Below are positions 55,260 to 62,695 of a DNA stretch of 62,695 nucleotides, piece by piece; the first letter of the stretch is position 1, and each line of letters starts with the position of its first letter. The stretch is from a virus (lineage: Duplodnaviria > Caudoviricetes): positions 1 to 62,695 of the IMG/VR virus record IMGVR_UViG_3300020598_000002; one strand, 5' to 3'. The position numbers were made by a program, and so were the translations under genes. A model generated the notes under the pieces. That model was not told the DNA's origin and did not search any database. It was given only the letters and a program-made list of their open reading frames with translations.

Positions 55260-58200
55260 AATCGAGAACCCAAAACGGATTCTGGCACTTCTCGCCATCG
55301 CAGTTGCAATGGTCGGAATAGCAATGGATGTATCCGTCCGGCTCGTTGCAGCAGATTTCTACCAGTTGGTCAGTGGTCCGGCTGTCCACAAACTCCTTCA
55401 ACGCGACGCCGCTTTTTGTCAGCCACCCGAACCGGGGCGACGTGCCGTATTCGATCTGGTCATTGTTGGCGAGGATGTTGAGCATCAGCCATGCGACCTG
55501 GGGGCCTAGACCGCTTTCCAAGACCCTATAGTCGTAGCTGCGCGGGGTTTCTCTCGACTGCCCTATGAGAGACATAAAGCCCTTCAGCGCGGCGAGTGTA
55601 TGCGGCTCGCCCGTGCCGTAGCCCATGCCGAAGGTCTCGCCTTCCCAATCCCTGAAATAGTCTTCAATCGACTTCATTTGGTCGTCCCGCCATCCCCAAA
55701 AACGCTTCCTTGAACTTCTCCTGCGCCACGTCCAGCGTTTCCTCTATCCCGCATAGATTGGTGCCGTACACAGACCAGCGCCAGCCCTTACCGGTTGATC
55801 CGAAATTCCCCCGATAGCATCGCCCGACCTTCTCCCCATTGAACAGGAACTCATAGTCTGCCGGGTTCTCGAATCCGGTTGCTTTGCGGGTGAAGGTCAT
55901 CGGGTGTCATCAATCAACGCCGTTTCGGCACGTTCCGCGCATAGTCGATCCCGGCGAGAAACGCTTCCATGATGACCCATCCGTAGAACATCGGAGCGTC
56001 ATGGTTCCAGGAGTCGGCGCGCTTGATCAATTCGGCTCGAACCTTCTCGCCGGCCACCAATTCCTCTATCGGTCGCTCGCTCATTCCCCCTCCTGTGTCG
56101 TCTGTCCTGCGGTCTGGTCATTATCGCGCTTGGCGTCTACGCTCCACCGATCAAGCAGGCCGGTCACTTCGGCGCGGACCTTCTCAGCCGCCGCCAATTC
56201 CTCCGGTGTGCATTCGGCCAAGATCTCTTCGTCAGACATTCCGAGGATGTCTTCGACCATTGCGTCGGCAAGGTTGAGAAGCGGGTCGTTCTTGCGTTGC
56301 GTCATCGTTATCGCTTTCTCTGCCCGCGCAGGATTTCGACCATCATGCGGTCTCGCTTCCGGCGCTCGTGACGGGCCTCCAATTCTCTCCGCATTGATGG
56401 CGGCATTCGTAGTAGCGTCCACGCGAACTGTAGCAGGCCGGCAACGAGCGGGATCAAGCCGAGCAGCGCTAGACCCCTCAGAAAATCGGTCATGTTGCTA
56501 TCTCCTATGTCTGCTCATTATCTCGGTTTGCTTTCTCGCAATGCCGCAGTCCGGGAACGGCAGCACAGACCGCAGGATCGTCCTGACAGGTCTCGCAGGC
56601 TGGCTGGTCATTATTGAGAGCTTCCAGCTTGCCGGCCACGAACGTCTCTATCTCAGAGACCGTTAGCTCGACTTCAGCGATCTCATGCTCGCCGAGACCG
56701 AATTTGGCGAGCCGCGCTCGGTCGAGGTCGAAGCTATGCCCGCGTCGAATCGCTGCCTTGCGTCCGGCTAAGATGATCTCTGCGGCTTCTCGTTTAGTCA
56801 TCGGTATCGAACCTTCGCCATTGTGCTGACTCCTCAGTCCCGCCCGATTAGCGCCAAAACCGGCCGGCTTGCCGGACGATCCAGATGTGGAATGCGGCGT
56901 AAACAACCGCGCCGCCGGCAGCGAATGCCGGTATCAGCCACCACGCGCTCATGCTGCTTCCTTTGTAGTCATTCTCGCTGCTCCGATTTCAATGCGGCTT
57001 TGGCAAGCGGGCCATACGGGTCTTTGGCCAATTCCAGCTTGCGGGCCGATACCATCTGGCCGTCCGGGTGTCGGCGAAACAGCCATCCGTGGAATCGGCC
57101 GCCGGGGTTGCAGCAAACGGCTGTTCCGTCCGGCAGTTCGAAAAGCTCTTGCGGCATCACTGTCTCCATCGCTCGTGGATCAATTCGTCAAGGACGGCCT
57201 GCCGCAGTTCGCGCGGGCTCATGCCAAGGGCTCGCGTTGTGCGCTCGGCACCGGTTTCGTCCTTGTAGACGATGTGGGCGCGCTGGCTCGTTTTGTCCCA
57301 GCTTGCGCCTACGATGACCGCGCGGCGCTTGCCGAAGATGATCGGGGTCGTGAGTGTCGTCATTTTGGTTTGTCCGATTTCAATGCGTCGCGCGGCATCT
57401 CGAAGAACGGAGTCTCGCCGACTTTGTAGGAAACCGGAATGCCCGCGCCGACACACCCGTATGTGTGACCCGTAAACTCGAACACTCGCTCGCCCTTACG
57501 GACGGTGCCGGATAGCCAACCGCATTCCTGCGGGGTTACGTCGCGCGTGACTGTGAATTGCCTCATGGTCGTTCCGTCCTATGTCCCGATCTAAACGGCG
57601 GTTCTACCGAAAGCTTCTCGCGTTGATCGCCGATGCCGCGCCGCAATGTGCTTCGCTCTGCCGTCGATCATTTCCAGGCACTCTGGACCGTCCTGCACAG
57701 ACGGTCCGCCGTCGTGCCATGTCAGAACCGTGATGAGCGCGTTCGGGCGTTCCTTCATGAACTCTCGCAGAGTTGCAGCGATGGTACGGGCGGCAAACGG
57801 CCCCTTCTGCACCGGCACCTTTCCCGGTTCGCGAAGGATCAGCCATGTGTCCAGTTCTGCGGTCATTTGGTTTGCTCGACCTTAACGGCGGTTCGGCCTA
57901 GTCGCCCCAATAGCTTATGTCGCTATTTGCGCATTCTTCCGGCCCATCCTCGCGCTGTTCCGGGTTCTCCCAATAGGAAGGCGCAACGTCGTCCGCATAT
58001 TCTTCAATGGACTCGCCGTCGTCGAACGTCTTACCAGTGCGCGCGATCATGTGGGCCTTGAAGCGGGAACAGAACTCGTCCTTGCTGATGGTTGGTGTCA
58101 TGTCTCTCTCGTTAATGGGTTTGTGGAAGATCCGTTTAGGTGTGCTCTGTGCTGTCACCGGCCGTATCGCGTCGGGCAGTTGTTGTTCATGCAGCAGTAG

Positions 58201-59117
58201 CCATAGGCTTGGCCGTAATCGAACTTCATGCCGCACTGGCCGCATTGGATGCCCTTCTTGCGGGTGGGTGGCGTGATCGGCGGCGCGAAGTCGTAGTCCG
58301 GGTCGCGTTCGACGGTTGGCGTGTTCAATTGTTTGAACAGGGCGTTCGGTGGGTTCACGGCTGTCATCGTCCCGCCTCCATGTCGCGCGGGGGATCGTGA
58401 CGCCAATGCGTCGGCGTGTAGTAGACGTACATTGATCTATCGGGCGTCCACCAAAGCCGCCCCTTTCGGATCAAGGTTTGCTCGTTTCGAGACCCGTGCT
58501 CGTCGTCGATTTTGGTCATGACGATTTCGCCTTCGGGCGCGAGGTGGATCGGTTGCCACTCACTCATCGTCCATTCTCCGTGCTGGGAGGGGAGGCGTAG
58601 ATGGGCAACTCATCGAGGAAGTATTGCTTCCCGCTTGCCTCTGCGTCGCAAAGGTCGCGGTCTTCTTGCGCTCTCTGCACGTCGGAATAGGCGCGCATCA
58701 CGCCAGAGCCCGACTTATCCAGGTACTGCCACCACAGCACCCAAACTCGATCGATCTGCTCACTCATCGTCCCGCCTCCAGCTTTTCGAGGGAGCGAGGG
58801 GCGGAGGAGTCGCGGGCTTTCAGCGCCGCGATGCAGAGGGCGAGAGGCCAGGAACGCGCCGCCACGCGAGTCGTTGGCGATTGATGCGAGACAACCCAAT
58901 CCTTGCCGCCCATGTCGGGCGCGGTGTTGCGGTACAGGTGAAGCCCGCGTGGCAATCCATGCTCAAAGAGCTTTAGTGCTGCGTCGATAGATTCGGTGTA
59001 TCTCGGCGCAGTCAGGACGCTCCAATAGCCATCGGGCGCAACGTGGTTGGCTATATCAAGTTCGAGATAGGCATCCGGCCCCGTCGCCCGTTCCAATCTC
59101 TCGATAAGGTCTTTCAT
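55258..59117 (-). other. Right-arm array of about 15 small leftward hypothetical genes
   Basis: For example 55258-55677, 55664-55900, 56308-56493, 56969-57169, 57360-57566, 57591-57866, 58364-58567, 58764-59117; tightly coupled, all on the minus strand. Confidence 0.75.
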
Positions 59118-59233
59118 CGCCCGCCCTCCAGCCGTTCCAGATCGCGCTTCATGAATCCCCGCTCTATCTCCTGATCCTTCGGAGACTTGTGGGGGTATTG
59201 CTGATGGGAGATGCGGAGGAGGGCGGCCTGGTC

Positions 59234-59289
59234 TGAGTGAGACAAACCGGTGGGTTTTCCGCCTATTTCGTGGGTCGATTGTGAGACAA
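59234..59289. promoter_or_regulatory. Putative integrase arm-type sites (right)
   Basis: GTGAGAC at 59237-59243 and 59281-59287, just inside attR. Confidence 0.6.
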
Positions 59290-59326
59290 TTTCTGGCGTA
59301 AGTGTTTGAAGATTGGGACTTGCTTC

Positions 59327-59370
59327 AGTCCCTCCACTCCTGCCAGCCCATTCATAAGCCATTGTTTTAT
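59327..59370 (+). repeat. attR core, 44 bp
   Basis: Exact copy of 106-149; preceded by CTTC, a T-loop-like remnant lacking one G relative to GTTCGAGTCC. Confidence 0.95.
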
Positions 59371-59452
59371 ATTCGGATGGCGCATTTTTACGCCATCGCT
59401 TTCTGCTACCGGCTTGCTACCCGATAGCGTCCAGAATGTGCGCTTGCCGTTC

Positions 59453-59623
59453 TCAAGACTCGCTGGTGCGTTTTGAAACGCGAACTGGGGCTCTGAGGCC
59501 CCGCTGTAGCAACGCTCTGTAAGACGCTTTTCTCGAATCCTGGCCCGCTCTCAGGGGCGCATCGACCTTGGCCACCGCGCCCTCCTGCATTCCCGGCAGG
59601 ACGTGGCTGTAGAGGTCAAGCAT
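59453..59623 (-). pseudogene. C-terminal remnant of a second tyrosine integrase
   Basis: My translation MLDLYSHVLPGMQEGAVAKVDAPL... resembles the integrase catalytic-Tyr box; tandem TGCTACC at about 59404-59421. Confidence 0.7.
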
Positions 59624-59711
59624 AAGCCGACCTTGCTATAACCGATCGCCTTCAAAGTGTAAGCCCAAACCCGAACGCCGCTCGCCGAAGACCGAGCACC
59701 GCTAAGGATGG

Positions 59712-60577
59712 TCAAGGACCGATTCTGTAATTCAAACCCACCCGCAGGATGTTATCCGTGACCCGCACGTTGGTGGAGGCCGATCCCGCAAATGGTAAAA
59801 AAACCAAGGAGCAAATTGACTCGGTACGGAAATAGCGTTGGCAACGTTTACTGACCCAACATCGATAAACAGGTATTCCACCTTCCATGTCCACGATGAT
59901 GAGTTGGCCAGACGACCTTCGAAGCCTCCGCCCAGTGCAAAGCCTAGGTTGGTTTTTGAGGTACCGGCTGTGGTGACACCCGGTCCGTACAGATTGAGCG
60001 CACTGACTCCGTTTAGTGCCAATGTAACGGCTGTGCTGACCTGCCCAAATGACAACCCGCCGGTGCCGTAGATCAGCAGACGATCGGTCAGGAGCCAACC
60101 AAGGCGCCCGCGAGCGGTGCCGAACCAATCGATGTTTGTTTCATATGCAGCGTGGCCGGAAAAACTTATTGGCAAAACAAAGACGCAAATAGGTGGAGGA
60201 TCCTGCCGTCCAGTGCATTGATTGCCAATAAAACCGATTGAAGAAGAGCCGGATGATGACTGTTTGCCGCCCTGCAGGTCGGCTTCGAAACCAATGACCC
60301 ATCGCTGACTTTGGAAATTGTATCCAACCTGTCCGCCGCCGTTGAAGCCGCTCAGACTTGAGTGAAATTCGTCGCCGAATTGAGTGGCAGGGGGAGAAAC
60401 CACGACACCAGGGCCGAGCGAAGCCGCGCCGCTGGCCGTTGTGTCCGACGCCGCCTTCCCCCAGCCGTATCCGACATTGCCGCCGATATAAAAGCCGGAC
60501 CATTGGGGAGATTGTGCGAGTGAACACGTCGAGGAAGCGATAAGCACTGCAATGCCGGCGGCAAAAGCTTTCCTCAC
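59712..60577 (-). pseudogene. Omp25/RopB-like outer-membrane beta-barrel, frameshifted near the 3' end
   Basis: Signal peptide, WSGFYIGGNVGYGWG, GGGQVGYNFQ, WFGTARGRLG, KVEYL; terminal DNILRVGLNYR is in another frame; A7 tract at 59797-59803. Confidence 0.8.
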
Positions 60578-60900
60578 GTGGCACCTCTAAAAAAATATAG
60601 CGAAGGAAATAATTCCGGGGGTGCAGAGCTAGATCGGGCCGCGCTACTCCGCCCAGTCCCCCCAACATTTTTCTACTGTTACGTGCATCACGCTTTTTGC
60701 GGCCTATGTAGTCCACACCGCTCGGCGAACCGCCGCCTTTGACTCACGGGCACTCCCACGCGGGAGCCCATCACAATTTGCGAGTGTGCAACAATCTACC
60801 GCAACATATAGGGGCGGAGGCAAGCTATATGAATCGGTAGCTTGCGCTGGCGGCGGCGTCCCGTAACGTCCGAATTCCCCATTACGGGAGTTCCGCCTCC

Positions 60901-61317
60901 GTGACCGCTACGCCGCATCCCGCAGCAACGCATCATCTGCCGTGGTTCATCACAGCGCCCGGCCAGACGGACTATCTCTATGTGGCGACCGCCATCGTTC
61001 TGGTGCTGGCCATCTTCCTCATCGGCGTCGTCTTCTTCATGCTGCATTCGCTGCCGGAACGGCTGGGCCACAAGAAGCTGCAATTCGAGGTCGTTGCGGT
61101 CCTCGCGCTGATCTCCCTGTTCACGCATATTCACCTGTTCTGGGTCATCGCGCTTATCCTCGCCCTCATCGACATCCCGGATTTCCTCGCCCCGCTTCGC
61201 AGGATCGCCAGCGGCGTCGAAAAGCTTTCCGACAACAGGCCGGCAAGCAGCGATCACAGCGGTGCCGCACAACCTTCGTACAAGCGCGCCGAAGAAAAGG
61301 TGACGAGCGATGCTTGA
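60901..61317 (+). CDS. Membrane protein associated with HlyD
   Basis: HHLPWFITAPGQTD, LHSLPER, several TM segments; overlaps the HlyD start. Confidence 0.8.
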   Translation: MTATPHPAATHHLPWFITAPGQTDYLYVATAIVLVLAIFLIGVVFFMLHSLPERLGHKKLQFEVVAVLALISLFTHIHLFWVIALILALIDIPDFLAPLRRIASGVEKLSDNRPASSDHSGAAQPSYKRAEEKVTSDA

Positions 61318-62542
61318 GATCATCCTCTGCTCGCTGGTGACAGTCCTGCCCGACTACGGGTATCGCCGCTACGTGCAGGGCAAGCGGCTCGGCAAGGAGA
61401 TCACGTTCTATTCGGTCTGGTACGAACTGCGCTACGGCCTCACCGCATGCTTCATGCTGACGGTCGCACTGATCACCATCATCTTCTATTTCCACCCGTC
61501 GACGACCAACGTCACCTCGTTCTTTCGCGCGATCCCGATCCTGCCGGAAGCCTCCGGGCGGGTGAGCGAGGTTCTCATCAAGCAAAGCGATGTGGTGAAG
61601 CAGGGCCAGCCGCTGTTCAAGCTCGACAGCACCAAGCAGGAAGCAGCGGTCGAAGTCGCGCGGCGCCGGATCAAGGAGATCGACGCGCAGATGCTGGTTA
61701 CGCGCGCCGACATCGCCGCGTCAGAAGGGCAGATCCAGCAGGCCAAGAGCGCGCTCGAACAGGCCGTCGATGAATTGCGGACGAAGGAAGAGCTGAACCG
61801 GCGCAACGCCAACATCGTCGCCGCGCGCGAGATCGAGAAGCTGCAAACTGCCGTTGACGGCCGGCAAGGGCAGTTGGCAGCCGCGGAGGCGGCGAAACTC
61901 GCGGCGGAAACGCGCTTGAGTACATTGTTGCCGGCCGAGCGGGAGAGCGCCGAGGCGACGCTCCGGCAGTCGCAGGTCGATCTTAACAAGACGGTGGTCT
62001 ATGCCGGTGTGTCGGGTCGCGTCGAGCAGTTCGTGCTGCAGGTCGGCGACGTCGTGAACCCGTTCATGCGGGCGGCCGGCGTCCTGATTCCGGAAGAGCA
62101 CGGACGGACCGCGCTCCAGGCCGGCTTCGGGCAGATCGAAGCTCAGGTCATGAAGGTCGGCATGGCAGCCGAGGTGACCTGCGCATCGAATCCGATGGTC
62201 ATTATTCCCATGGTGGTGACGCGGGTGCAGGACTTTATCGCGGCCGGACAATTCCGGGTCGGCGAGCAATTGGTCGATGTCTCGCAGGCGATGAAGCCGG
62301 GCACCATTACGGTCGTCCTCGAACCGTTATTCGAAGGCGGGCTTGGCAACGTGACGCCCGGAAGCCGTTGCATCGCCAATGCCTATACGAGCAATCACGA
62401 ACGGCTCGCCACTGAGAAGCTCGGGGCGGGGAAATGGATGTTTCTCCACGCGGTCGACGCCGTTGCGCTGGTTCATGCCATGCTGCTGCGGATTCAGGCC
62501 CTGGTCCTGCCGATCCAGACCCTCGTTTTCACCGGACACTGA
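61310..62542 (+). CDS. HlyD-family membrane fusion protein
   Basis: N-terminal TM, SGRVSEV...VKQGQPLFKLD lipoyl half, coiled coil, VYAGVSGRV. Confidence 0.9.
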   Translation: MLEIILCSLVTVLPDYGYRRYVQGKRLGKEITFYSVWYELRYGLTACFMLTVALITIIFYFHPSTTNVTSFFRAIPILPEASGRVSEVLIKQSDVVKQGQPLFKLDSTKQEAAVEVARRRIKEIDAQMLVTRADIAASEGQIQQAKSALEQAVDELRTKEELNRRNANIVAAREIEKLQTAVDGRQGQLAAAEAAKLAAETRLSTLLPAERESAEATLRQSQVDLNKTVVYAGVSGRVEQFVLQVGDVVNPFMRAAGVLIPEEHGRTALQAGFGQIEAQVMKVGMAAEVTCASNPMVIIPMVVTRVQDFIAAGQFRVGEQLVDVSQAMKPGTITVVLEPLFEGGLGNVTPGSRCIANAYTSNHERLATEKLGAGKWMFLHAVDAVALVHAMLLRIQALVLPIQTLVFTGH

Positions 62543-62695
62543 GCTTGTCTTCATAAGTCGTTGAATTAACGCAATAATTTAATGTCTCTCGTCTTGGTTG
62601 GGCGCTAGCAACCGGAGATTTTGGCTCCGTCGCCGTAAAACCTTGATTTCGGACGACTTTGGCAGTAGCTACACGGCACGCTTCGCGGCCCGGCA

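Larger units (their letters stand above)
106..59370. mobile_element. Temperate siphovirus-like prophage, apparently complete (~59.3 kb)
   Basis: Bounded by 44-bp direct repeats; contains integrase, repressor, replication, terminase, portal, capsid, tail, tape measure and lysis genes. Confidence 0.95.

Noticed and set aside
1-62695. CRISPR array, cas operon, reverse transcriptase (DGR/retron)
   Set aside because: No 25-45 bp repeat-spacer array, cas motifs or YxDD reverse transcriptase ORF seen

Overview
An apparently complete ~59.3 kb temperate siphovirus-type prophage of an alphaproteobacterium (GcrA, an alpha-r8/MmgR-like sRNA and an Omp25-like flank point to Hyphomicrobiales). It is integrated at the 3' end of tRNA-Trp(CCA) between 44-bp direct repeats (106-149 and 59327-59370). 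It is followed by a remnant of an older integrase and three host-side genes (a frameshifted outer-membrane beta-barrel, a membrane protein and HlyD). Modules: int/xis, recombination (Bet, NinB, HNH), a replication initiator placed left of cI, cI/cro/cII, an early right operon (m6A MTase, GcrA, RuvC-like, primase, DnaB-like), a ParB-MTase broken by an IS1595, terminase/portal, a ~6 kb glycosyltransferase/methyltransferase cluster inside the head operon, capsid, tail, lysis, and a right arm of small leftward genes. The most striking signal is a ~100-nt antisense transcription unit at 34855-34986 (promoter, 11 GGY-NN pentamers, terminator). Its variable dinucleotides, read in order, match codon positions 1-2 of the neighbouring head-closure gene (six consecutive dinucleotides exact). 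This looks like a gapped-code guide RNA aimed at a related phage's allele, with no effector protein recognisable in the window. All calls are by-eye motif recognition; no searches were run.
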